A stretch of 64,000 nucleotides of DNA. Source: Eledone cirrhosa (lineage: Eukaryota). The translations under genes were made by a program, and so were the position numbers. Under the pieces are notes generated by a model that saw only the letters and a list, made by a program, of their open reading frames with translations, ran no database searches and was not told where the DNA came from. The stretch spans positions 375,286,001 through 375,350,000 of the forward strand of contig OZ024742.1 in assembly GCA_964016885.1 (NCBI GenBank), read 5' to 3'. Shown piece by piece: positions 26,300-38,407 of this stretch. How positions within the stretch are numbered: position 1 is the stretch's first letter; each line of letters opens with the position of its first letter.

Positions 26300-26900
26300 A
26301 ATAACTACCCCTGTGTATCTGCCACAAATAAAGTCCGCCTTTTCTGTTCGCCTGCCTATGATCTTACTATATACCTTGTGCATCTAAAGTTTACACTGGA
26401 TGCACTCAGTATGTCTATAATAATAGCATGATTTTGTCTTCTTTCCTACTTATTAAAACTTTGGTCTTTGCTAAGTTTACTCTAAGGCCTTTGAGTTTTA
26501 AGTTTTGTGTTCACTTCTGGAATTTCTTCTGCTTTTAAACTCTTCTGTTATGGTCTAGAGAACTATAATAAACCTTTTTCTCTAAACTCATTTCTTACTC
26601 TCACTTTGCAGACAACACTTTTCTATATGGCTCGCATTGCTTTCCCAAGCCATTTTTCTGCATCTAGTTTTCTTAAGGACCATCTGATAACAGACTGTGG
26701 TACTCTCTCAAAAGCTTTCTACAGATCAACAAAAGCTCAAAAGTTTCTTGCAAAAAAAACAAAAAAACAAACTATCTTATCTCATTTCCTTATTAGTTCT
26801 GCTAAAACTCTTTTTACTACTTTCTTAACTTGATCCATCAGTTTAATGTTTCCGTGGCTACTCCTTTCTAGAGCATCACTTTATACTGCTATGCTAGTCA
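26300..26900 (-). mobile_element. Highly degenerate RTE RT fragment
   Basis: Minus strand reads FVDL*KAFERVPQSVIRWSLRKL, matching the RT at 39112-41811. Confidence 0.65.
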
Positions 26901-29039
26901 TTAAATTTAACATTATCATTTGCTTTGCTGGTTGGCAATGTGAATAACTAGCTGGAGTTCCACTTCACCAGCCTCTCAGTAACTACCTCTTATGTCAACT
27001 TAGCTCTTCCCTCTATTCAGTCTATTCATTCTCCACAGTCAGCAACCTCTTATAGTTACTCTTTTAACCCTCTTTAACCAAATTTTAATTATTTTTATTA
27101 ATCAGAAATGAAAACTAAAACAATATCAAATACCACTTATGTATGTAAGTGTGAACATCCCTCCATTTTGAAGGTGTAATAATTGAATAAAAGAGGTCAG
27201 TGATATGGTTTGATACGGGGATAAAGATTTACTTCCCTTGCATCGTGTAAATGTTTTACAATTTTAACGCTTTTGTAGCCACATTTCTAATGAAAGATAC
27301 TGCCTATGATGGTCAAATAATTTTGAAAGCTAAAAAAATTAGAGGAATTTAATAATATAACTCATTATTAAGCTGTTGTTAGGAGTATAAATTAAAGATT
27401 TTTACATAAAATTATGATGGAAGATTCTTAGTTAAATATAAACACTTTAAAACAGTTTTGTGTCATAGAACCATGGGTGGTTTCAGGCAGTTTAGTATCA
27501 AAAGGGATACAGGATCAAACACAGTTTCTTTAGAGCATTGAGTATAGCTTCAATCAGCTTTAATATATTTCTGGGTCTTATTGGGGCCCAGAAAGAGATT
27601 ATGAACCAATGAGGGGAGGTCCATTTATGTTGTCGCTTGATCTTCTTCAAATAACAGGTAAACCTCTTACAAATAAATTACACCCTACCTACTCCTTCTT
27701 GAGAAGTAATGGATACATTGGATAATTTAGTAGTGGTACATACATATCCAAAGCTCAAAAGAAGGATGGGCTGGATATGGCTGGAATGCCTTTGGTCATC
27801 ATATGTTTGCTCATCCAGAGCTGGCCTTGGGTTAAATGATAGCAACAACCTCATTGTTATATGAGTGTTTATAGAGACAGAATAATGTATAGGATTGACA
27901 GTTCATGGATACTCAGTTCAAATGGATTGTAAGTGTTTTGGTGTGTTTCAAGACAAGACACTTTATTCCACATGCCACATTTTATTTGAAGAAAGAGAAT
28001 ACTTAGTAAAACCTCTGAGAAACATTTTTAATTTTAAGATTAACATTTTTAATGTTTATTTTTTAACCTACTTTTATATTTCCCTGAAATATTAAACTCC
28101 ATCTTACAATGAAGGTGCCTCTATTTGGTAATTTGATTTGCTAGAAAAATGGTAGCTGGTTCGTGGCTTCAGTTTACAATAAATCTCTGTGCTACCTATC
28201 ACAGAAGGAAATAAAAAATGGAAACATACAAGATTGAGAATGCAAATAATCCTGAGGTAAAATACATAATTTCTCAAAAAGATTAAAGTTGAAAAATTTG
28301 AAATCTTTAAAAAGGAAACAAGTCTACACCATAATCAAATTCATACAATCAAGGAAAAAAACAGACGTTAAAAACAATGATGATGGTGGTGATAATGATG
28401 ATGATGATGATGAATTACCTTGATATAGATCTGAGTGAAGCTAGATTCACCAGTTTTTCAGTTTAACAATCCACCCAACCCATGCCAGTAAGGAAGGTAC
28501 AGAACCCAGTATCAAATACTGGTCTTGTTTTTAAGGATATGTCAGTTGTGCTTCGGAATGGATGATCCTGATTATCATCTTTACTAATATACAATGTGAG
28601 AAATATAAATCAGGGTCAAAATTGTGGGAAAGCACTATAGTCAAACAACTCCTCCCAAACACATACACACACAGAATAAACAACAAAACACTGAATGCAG
28701 TTGACCCAAGACATTTAACATAACTAATGTATCCATTACGTTGCCTGTAATTATAAAACATTGTATACATAGTGAATACAATACAAAGTGTTAATTTTGC
28801 TATCATGCTGGAGGCGTGTGGTTATACATGCTTTTGTTTAAAGGTGATTATTTAATTTATAATGTTAACAGCTCGAAATGTGGAAGTTGCATTACTAATT
28901 GTCAAGACAGGTGGCTTAGTGGTTAAGGCAGAGGTTCTCAAACTCTTTGGGCCACCAACTCCCTCACGGCCTCGTAAAACCCTCAGCACCCCCAAACTTA
29001 TTTCTAGAGAAACCTGCCTACATGCAAATTGTAAATAAT

Positions 29040-29900
29040 ATCATCACCTTTTTACAGCCATGCTTCCATGCTAGCATGGGTTAGACGGGGTGTCCTGTTA
29101 TTGGCAATGCCAGGTCAAGTGAACCTGTCTTGCTCATACAGAACTGATTTTGGCTTGATTTCTACAGCTGGATGCCCTTCCTAACACCAACCCCATTTAC
29201 AGTGAGTACTGGGTGCTTCTTTACTGTGGCACCTACACGAGCACTTTATAGTGTGGACTGGGTGCTTTTTAGTTGTGACACCTACACAACCACTTTACAG
29301 TGGGAGGGAGGTCGGGGCATATTGTCTATATGCTTCAGCTTCGGCTTGTACCCGTAGGAAGTCAGGTCTTCTGTATTACTAAGTAATGCCACATTTATAT
29401 ATATATATATATATATATATATCATCATCATCATCATCATCTTTTTACGTCTGCTTTTCCCTGCTTGTCAGGGTGGGACGGGTCATATTCAGCACAGCAT
29501 CTCTCCATTTGTCACGGTCCTTCGTCATCTCCTCGGTGAGCTTCAGCGATCTGAGGTCTGCTCTCACCACCTCTGCCCATGTTTTTCATGGTCTTCCTCT
29601 ACTGCGTCTTCCTTCTACTGGCATTTCTTGGGACTTCTTTACCCAGCGGTCATCCTCCATGCGCATCACATGTCTATACCATCGCAGTCCTCTCTCCCGC
29701 ACACTACAATTTATCCCTCTAAATACAGTTTCTCTCTCAACACATCCATGCTCGGTCATTCACGTACATTGACATTACACATCCATCAGAGCATGCTTGG
29801 TTCATTTCTCTCCAGCCGTCGCATATCCTCTGCAGTTGCGCCCATGTCTCACTACCGTGCAGCATCGCGCACCTCACACAGGCATCATATAACCGGCCTT
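29040..29900 (-). mobile_element. Two RTE-family 3' fragments separated by (TA)n/(CAT)n
   Basis: 29040-29390 resembles 38430-38760. 29420-29900 encodes RLRWYRHVMRMEDD...RRGRP on the minus strand. Confidence 0.75.
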
Positions 29901-30364
29901 ACTAGTTAATTCATATATATATATATATGAATTAACTAGTAACATAACATTAGTATGTCCAAATGTGGTTGATGTTAGGAAGGGCATCCATCTGTAAAAA
30001 CCCGGCCAAATTTACAGTCCTGTCAGAGCAAGGTACGGTGCGGTCAATCCTGGCCAGACTTTTCTCTTGACACGGTCGACCCATCTGACCCTAATTAAAG
30101 GTGTTCAGTAAGGATCTAAGGGTTGGGAGTTCGATCCCTGGTAGTGCATTGTGTCCTTGAGCAAGAAACTCACATGAGTAAATATCGTGATGCTACTTCA
30201 CATAGGATAATTTTAAGATAAAACTAAAATTTATGTTTTTTCCATTACATGTAGATTCAATTCTGTAATAATTGAAAAAACAAAGCTAAGCAAACTATTT
30301 TTTCTGAAATGAACTCACTGAGACAATTTCATAATTATTTGATTAATAGGAAGGTAATGATGGT

Positions 30365-32310
30365 TTCTGATTTAGGCACAAAGCCAACAATTTTAGGGGA
30401 GGTGAAGTTGATAAAATCAACCCCAGTGCATTATTGGTGTTTTATTTTATCGACCCTATAAGGATGTAAGGCAAATCTAACCTCGGCAGGATTTGAACTC
30501 AGAACATAAAGAGATATAACTATATGCTGCAAAGCATGTTGTCCAATGCTCTCCGATACTACCAATCCACAGCCCTGGGAAGGTAATAATTGTTTCTACT
30601 TTTGGCACAAGGCCAGCAATTACCCAGTGCATTACTGGTACTTTATTTTACTTTATGGCAAGGGTCGTAACTCGATGCGTCAAAGCATGGCCTCCAACCC
30701 TCTACTGATACTGTCAAATGCCCATGCTTATCACAAGGGAATTAGCAAACTAAGTGACATAAGACTGGCATTTTAAATTGGTTCCGAAGCATCTAATCTA
30801 TTGTAGCCACCAAATACAATCATGCACCAAGAATGAAATAAGAGTAGCTGTCATGCTAGAAATAGCAAACAAACCTTCCTCAAATTATATGCTACCATCT
30901 TACAAAAAAAAAACTGATATTAGATGACATTGACTTGAGTGCAGTGTTTTTTTTTGTGGTGGTGGTGGGGAGACAAGATATTCATGGTTAAAATATCTTT
31001 GATCATATATCTGTTGGATTAAGGCTGATCTGGGGCTAAACAAAAGCAACAGTAATGGCAGCAGCATTGACAACAATAATAACAACAGTATTACATGCAC
31101 ACATACACACTCACAGACACACACATATACACACTCACAGACACAGACACACACAGACACAGACACTATTTGCCAATAGTTTTAATTTGATAGCCTTTCT
31201 TCTGAAGAAATTCTGACAGTAAAATCTCATAGATGGAGATGTCTTTTAATACAGAAGATGGCGTATAGGTTGACATACTGAAAGTAGATATTGAATAGTC
31301 CTCTCTAACAGTATCTACTGTAAAGATTATTTCATAGTACTTCACTGTATAGTACTAAGTAAAAATACCAAATAATGTTTCTACTTTTGGCACAAGGCCA
31401 GCAATTACCCCCCCCCCCCACCCCCGTACATTACTGGTACTTTATTTTATCGACCCCGTAAGGAGATGAAAGACAAAGTTAACCTCGGCGGATTTGAGCT
31501 CAGAACGTAAAGGGTCGTAACTATGCTACAAAGCATGGTGTCTGATGCTCTACTGATACTGCCAAATCACCCCCCTAATAATATGAGCAAGCTGTGTATT
31601 GGCAGAATTGAATCTGTTACTAATAGGGAGACATGAGCTAGGTAGTTCTAGCTGAGAGAAATTACGAAGAAACACAACCAAATTCACATTAGTATGTCAC
31701 AAATATTGTCAGGTTTCAAAATTGTTATAATGTTGGGGTTGATATACAATGGGTTCTGATATAGGTACATGGCCAACAAATATGGTGGGAGAGGAAAGTC
31801 GATTAAATTGACACCAGTGTATTACTAACACTTTATTTTATCAACCCTGTAAGAGTGATAGGCAAAGCTAAACTTGGGAGGATTTGAACCCAGATCAAAT
31901 TTGCCAACACTACACCTGATATCCCCCTCCATACACACATACACATGTATATCATGACTCATACACTGTTTACTATCCTGACATTTGTGCATTATTCTAT
32001 GTACTATACATGCATCTTTGATGAGTTGTAGTGCACCTGAGCACTGTACACAATAATTTCATTATTATGATTATATGTGGATTGGTAGTATCAGTAGAGG
32101 GTCAGATGCCATGCTTGCAGCAAAGAGTTATGGCCCTTTGTGGTCTGAGTTCAAATCCCTCCGAGGTTAACTTTGCCTTTCATCTTTACGGGGTCGATAA
32201 AATAAAGCATCAGTAATACACTGGGATAATTGCTGGCCTTGTGCCAAAAGTAGAAACAATTATTATTATACTGTCCAGCGCTCTACTGATACAACCAATC
32301 CACTGCCCTA
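30365..32310. mobile_element. Cluster of about five MetaSINE-like copies (30365-30575 -, 30588-30720 -, 31375-31575 -, 31750-31895 -, 32075-32265 +)
   Basis: Recurrent core and tail sequences. Confidence 0.8.
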
Positions 32311-33409
32311 ACGGGTTGATATATAATACTTCTTTGTTCTACTTAATTTCCATTTGATACTGTGTTATACATTGGGCTCTTCCTGGATAGTCTCCCTTGC
32401 CTGTGAGTTTTTGCATAAGATGAGGTTGCTAGCCACTTACCCAACTCTTCTCTATTTCTGGAGAAAGAGATTCTGTGATAGCATTTTATATAGAAGTTCT
32501 GTTTTTGCACTTAATTTTAGTTCCAAATTTCTTGTGTTATACACAAGAAAGTATTGTTTCTCTGACCATATTGCAGTTTTGGTGGTTTTATTCATGCCAG
32601 TCACCAATAGGGTAATTTTTCAAACCTTCCAAGACTAGGCTTATTTAGAGACGGCCTTTACACACCTCGTCATAGCTATAACACTGGGTTGTGAAAGTTA
32701 TCTTGGGAGCTACAGGTGTCACCCATAGTAGTTTACTGCTGTTGATTTAGAGTTGCTTATTCATCCGGCTGCTGGCAACTAATCACCATATCTGGTGATA
32801 TCCGCCACCTACAACCCATTCTCTGGCAGAAAGAAAGTATGGTAGTATTTAAAATCTCTTCTCACACACTTACCTCCCAAAACCACTTTTGATTAATTAT
32901 TTTACCTTCATTCAGCTATATATTGCAGCCAATAGCTTGCTGATACGCTGTATCTCCTATTTACCTTTCTTACAGCTACTATATAGATTTTTGCAAATAA
33001 TACATTTATGGGGATGCTCATTTGCATACAATGCAAGCTTTATGGGTTGGTTTTAATTAAATAGCAGTACCACTAACACAACATCATTTTCAATGGAGGT
33101 ATATATATATATATATAATCATCATGATCATGATCATTTAACATCTATTTTTCCATGCTTGCATAGGCTAGACTATATAAATAATAAGAAGTTGATGGGA
33201 CTAGCATAAGGTTTCCCTGCTGGTACTAGCATAAGGTTTCTCAGCATACTCAATGAGTAAGGTTATGTAAAATCCCCTCCCTCCATATATATATATATAT
33301 ATACACACACATATATTTATATATATATATAAATATGTGAGTCCCAGGCTCAACTGGGGGGTAACCACAGTAAGTGAGGTACTCAATACATTAATAGAGT
33401 GTAAACAAA

Positions 33410-33530
33410 TTTAATATAGAAATGGCTTCTACAGGACTAAAACTGTTTTATTCGAAGAAATGAAAAGCCCTGATGATTTCCTTTGAATGAAACAGTTCTA
33501 GTCCTGTAGAAGCCATTTCTATATTCAATT
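33410..33530. repeat. ~50-bp inverted repeat with a hammerhead-core-like CTGATGA...GAAA; probable PLE end remnant
   Basis: aatatagaaatggcttctacaggact / agtcctgtagaagccatttctatatt. Confidence 0.75.
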
Positions 33531-33609
33531 ATATATATATATATAAATGTTAGATTATATTAGAGTTTACCAAAAATAATGTTGTAAATCTTAACTGGTT
33601 ATTCATTGT

Positions 33610-33680
<71 letters not shown>

Positions 33681-34159
33681 CATATATACATATACACACA
33701 CATACATACACACAAACATATACATATAATATATATATATATATATAAACACATATATGGACGTATATACGCTCGCACACTTTCATTAAATCATATTTTA
33801 TTAAGCTGGATGTCAGATAAATCAAACGAAATCTAAGTTAATAGACTGTTGACTTCCACCACCATCTTTAAGTATTAGAGGTGTATGGGGATATAGTGAA
33901 GGTAAGTGAATGTTGTATACCCATCAAACATGGTAAATTCATCAGATTAAACTCACACTAGAATATATTCATGGCTTATAATATCCCCTGTTATGAGTTA
34001 TTATGGCAGTGTATACCTAATAGTTAGCTTTATCATGATATGTGCTGGGTACAGGGCTGGATTTAGACTGGTGTGGGCCCGAGACATTTCAGGTTTGGGA
34101 GGCCCCTCATACGCAAAAAATCAGAATACACAGCAAACCCCAATTTTACATATCAAATA

Positions 34160-35117
34160 TCCATATGATTGCAACCAGGGTAGTTAGGCGGCCAAATGTT
34201 AGGGCTGGTGAAATAATAAAAAATTCTTTGACAACCACTTTTGAATCTTCCCAGAGGAGTGGAAGGGAGCTGAATCTTGCTGCCACACATATTGTCTTCC
34301 AGAAGCCCCCTTCTCCAACCAAGGCTTAACCATGGTAATCAGCAACTCCACATAGTCTGCTGGATTGAGCTTAAGACTCTGTACAAAGATGTGAGGTGGC
34401 ATGATATCACCCTCATTAGAGACACATCCAAAAACCATTACAGTTTAGGGAAACTTGGTCTTCATGACATAAGGAACATCATATGGATTATAGGCAAGTC
34501 ATCTGTTGTTCTGGGTGTTGTGCACCTGCTCCTCACAATAATTCTTTTCATCAAAGAAGAACCAGATTGTCCCTGGTTCAATTTATTCAGGAGTTTCTTT
34601 GGCTTGTCAGACGGTTTTCTTAAGCCTTTTCTGTAAGAAGTTGGCCCTTATGCCTCTTGTATGAGTGGTAGCAGAGGTCCTTATTGAAGGCCAGCTTCAT
34701 GGTGGAATCTGCAAGCTTATTTACCATGCTAAAGCTTGCATTCCCTTGCCTAGGTGTTTCATCACTTTGTCCTGCAGTTGTTGGATAAATTCTCGTGTAT
34801 GGAAGCAATCAGAATGTCTGCTGTGTTCTTTCCTACAAGCTATGACCTCGTAGACTCTGTTGCAGCTCTTCATTTCATGTCTTATTACTTTCACAGTGTT
34901 CAAAGATTGTGGAATTTTGATACCTGGCACGAATCATCATGATGCAGGTTACCCAATATTTAGGTGCTTTCCTCTTGTCCATTTCAGTTAACGTTGACAT
35001 CTTTAAAACTGTAGTGATTAGGTTCCATAATGCCGTTCACAGATAGAAGGGTATATCTGAAAAAAAAAGAAAAAAATTAGAAAATTAGACTCTACCAAAT
35101 TTATCCTGAACACCCTG
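34160..35117 (-). mobile_element. Decayed Tc1/mariner maT (DD37D) transposon
   Basis: MVFGCVS..G..MPPHIF, YVWQQDSAPFH, then after a 1-nt frameshift IWPPNYPGCNHMD. That gives 37 residues between the 2nd and 3rd D. TIR-like cagggtgttcaggataaa at ~35100-35117. Confidence 0.85.
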
Positions 35118-35243
35118 TTGTCCATTTTTCCACACTAGCATGAGTTAGACGAGTTGTAAGAAAAATCAGCTCTTGCTCATACAGAACTGTTTCTTGCGTG
35201 GTTTCTACAGCTGGATGCCCTTCTTAACACCAACCACATTTAC

Positions 35244-35277
<34 letters not shown>

Positions 35278-35488
35278 AAACATGAGAAGAAAGAAGAATA
35301 CTGCATTGTTTGCACATGGGTTACATATGATAAAAATAGTCCTTCGTCAGTGATTTTTCCAACCATCATTGGTATTTCATTGCATTAAAAATCAGATACC
35401 TCAGGTTGGTGCGAGCAATAACTAAAAAAAGTTATTGGGACCAGAATTCGCGTAAGGCGAGGGGGACAAGTAAACAACATAGAAGGAT
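35278..35488 (+). repeat. ~210-bp dispersed direct repeat (second copy 38194-38404; partial copy 35803-35858)
   Basis: aaaacatgagaagaaag...caacatagaaggat. Each copy follows a (TA)n tract. Confidence 0.9.
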
Positions 35489-35893
35489 GAAAGCAAACCG
35501 AAGATAGGAAAATAAACAATCAACATGGTTGTCTGGTCAGCATAAGCTGGGTGGATTTCATGAGCGAGAGAGGTACAGACCGTATTGATGTGTGTGAGAT
35601 GTGAGCAAGAAGAGACCCACACAAGCCAAACGGGAGGAAGTGAGAAGAGGAGAAACAGAGAGTGAGTGAGTGGAAGTGTGAGGAAGAGGTCAGTCGAGAG
35701 AAAGTGTAACTGACAGAGGGGGCGAAAGAAGTTGAGAGAAACAGAGAGAGCGGGGAAGCAGTAAGAGAGAAACAGACAAACGCAGCTGAGGTAAATATAT
35801 ATAAAAACATGAGAAGAAAGAAGAATACTGCGTGGTTGCACATGGGTTACATATGATATATAGTCAAATACGGCGTAAACACGTTACTACCTA

Positions 35894-35928
<35 letters not shown>

Positions 35929-35969
35929 AGAAGTTTATGAAATGGAAATGCGGGTATACAGAATTTATT

Positions 35970-36086
35970 AGGTAACAATTGTTTCTATAGTGTATGGGTT
36001 ACCTATACCTCGCTACTTGAATAATATAAAAATATTATCATAAACCGAAGGTACACTGTAAGTAAACACACCATGTCGTCAGACCT
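35970..36086 (-). ncRNA. Type I hammerhead motif with a 90-nt stem II
   Basis: aggt-CTGACGA-catggtgt...acactata-GAAA-caattg(palindrome)-TT-acct. The first stem II pair is a C-A mismatch. Confidence 0.65.
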
Positions 36087-36309
36087 TTGTATTGGAATGA
36101 TATGAAAATATTTTATACACTAGATAAAAGATAAAGAAGGAGGTAGGAAGAGAAGGAGAAGAGGGAAGTGAGTAAGGTGGGGGGAGTCTTAGGATTTAAG
36201 ACTGTCAGACTAGGAGAGATTGTAAGGGGAGAATGTTTTGGCAGCAGTTAGCTTAATGAGGCGTGTTAGGGTTGGCGGGGGAAGTAAATTCTTCTAGTGG
36301 TGTTGTTCG

Positions 36310-37708
36310 CACAGTAGTGCACTTTGAAAATAGTTATTGGGTCCGCAGAGATAGACCCTCGGAATTCGACATTACGAATGGTTCTAATGATTCGGCGGAG
36401 GTCACGGATCTGGTTGGGATCTATATAGCCCATAGACTCCAGAGCGAATTTACGGACCTCCACGGCGGAATATACCGCGACGATACACTTCTATTAGTCA
36501 AGAATATGAACAAACAAAACCTAGAAAGGCGACGTAAAAACATTAGGAAACTTTTCTTAGAACTAGGGCTTAATATTACCTTCGAACACAATCTTAAGGT
36601 GGTCAACTTCTTGGATGTCACCTTCAACCTTAATAACGGTAATATAGAGCCATTTCACAAACTTAATGAAAATCTCAAGTACGTTAATGTAAAATCGAAC
36701 CATCCTCATTCCATTATCAAATCTATCCCTAAAAATATATCCATAAGGATCTCCCGACTGTCGTCTAATTTGCAGACCTTCAACGAGCATGCTGAATATT
36801 ATAATGACGAACTTAGAAAAGCTGGTTACTGCGAGAAAATAGAATATCTAGACGATAACCACATAAGTACTAGGAATAAAACACATCTAAGTCGAACTAG
36901 TATTGCACCACACACACACATCAATAGGCATACTAATAGGTGCAAACCAGCAAATAGAGTCAGACGTAGAGAGTACATATGGTATAACCCCGTGTACAAT
37001 TCTTCTATTAGCACTAAGATTATCTCACAATTCTATACACTAATCAATAAACACTTTACAACTTCACATAAATACTATAAAATCTTTAACTCGCGCACCA
37101 TTAGACTCTCATACTCCACTGCACCTAACATATAACAACTAATTAAAAAACTCAACTCAGCAATACTGAATAAGTACATCCCTAATGACTCAGCGCACCA
37201 GCATAGCAACATACAACGCACTAACACGCAACTACAACCCCACCAAACTATCCAGGATTCTATTGCAAAACATAAAAATAATTGTAACTGCACCAAACCA
37301 GGTACGTGCCCACTGAATAACCAGTGCCTAGCACGCAATATTGTCTACCGATGTACAATAAATTCCGGAACCAACAAATGGTATTACGTCGGATGTACCG
37401 CAACTTCTTTCAAGGCTCGCCTATACCAACATCGATCTTCGATCAGGCACGAGAAAATGCGCTCCGTAACAACCCTCGCCGATAAAGCCTGGCAGCTCCG
37501 GAGGAACAATCAAGCATTCTCCCTTGATTGGCAAATTATTGCAGCTGCGCCTGCATATAAGCAAAATCATCGATTCTGCAAGTTATGCAATTTGGAGATA
37601 TACTGCATTTTAATGTCGGTAAACAAACTTTTGAACAGCAAAATTGAACGTTCTCTATACTGTAACCATCGTTTGAAAACGACTTTTTCTTTTTTTAAAT
37701 GCATATAA
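36310..37708 (+). pseudogene. PLE RT (C-terminal part) + GIY-YIG with an internal stop at 37133
   Basis: TNGSNDSAEVTDLVG, YRDD, FLDVTF, SNHP; CNC..CPL..CL..NIVY..YVG; CKLCNLE. Confidence 0.9.
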
Positions 37709-38140
37709 TGTTACCTTTTTACACCACCGTTTGCAAATTTCTGTTTTATATGTTTATACACAAGATATGGCTTTCTATAATAATAGTACTAAACACTGTT
37801 TTCTGGACCCCTTTAGAAATAACCTGCTACTATAATAGCCCCAATAACTTGTCTGTGACACTGTACCACTTTGACCCCTTTAACTAAATTTTGTCCGAAC
37901 AACACCACTAGAAGAATTTACTTCCCCCGCCAACCCTAACACGCCTCATTAAGGTAACCCATACACTATAGAAACAATTGTTACCTAATAAATTCTGTAT
38001 ACCCGCATTTCCATTTCATAAACTTCTTCTTCATATTTTCTCAGGATTTTAAAACAGACTTTATTATACGTTGAGCAATCTCTGACGTCGGTTGACTCCA
38101 TCCAATGCGACTACTTAGTAACATTGGAATACAAATTTAC

Positions 38141-38200
<60 letters not shown>

Positions 38201-38407
38201 GAGAAGAAAGATGAATACTGCGTGGTTTGCACATGGGTTACATATGATAAAAATAGTCCTTCGTCAGTGATTTTCCAACCATCATTGGTATTTCATCGCA
38301 TTAAAAATCGGATACCTCAGGTTGGTGCGAGCAATAACTAAAAAAAGTTATTGGGACCAGAATTCGCGTAAGGTGAGGGGGACAAGTAAACAACATAGAA
38401 GGATATA

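Larger units (their letters stand above)
35925..38140 (+). mobile_element. 5'-truncated Penelope-like element with an inverted pLTR
   Basis: 36252-36309 is the inverse of 37897-37952, and 35925-36005 of 37952-38030. Flanked by (TA)n. Confidence 0.9.

Noticed and set aside
33455-33510. Functional hammerhead at CTGATGA...GAAA
   Set aside because: No stem I pairing could be formed; kept only as an inverted-repeat remnant.
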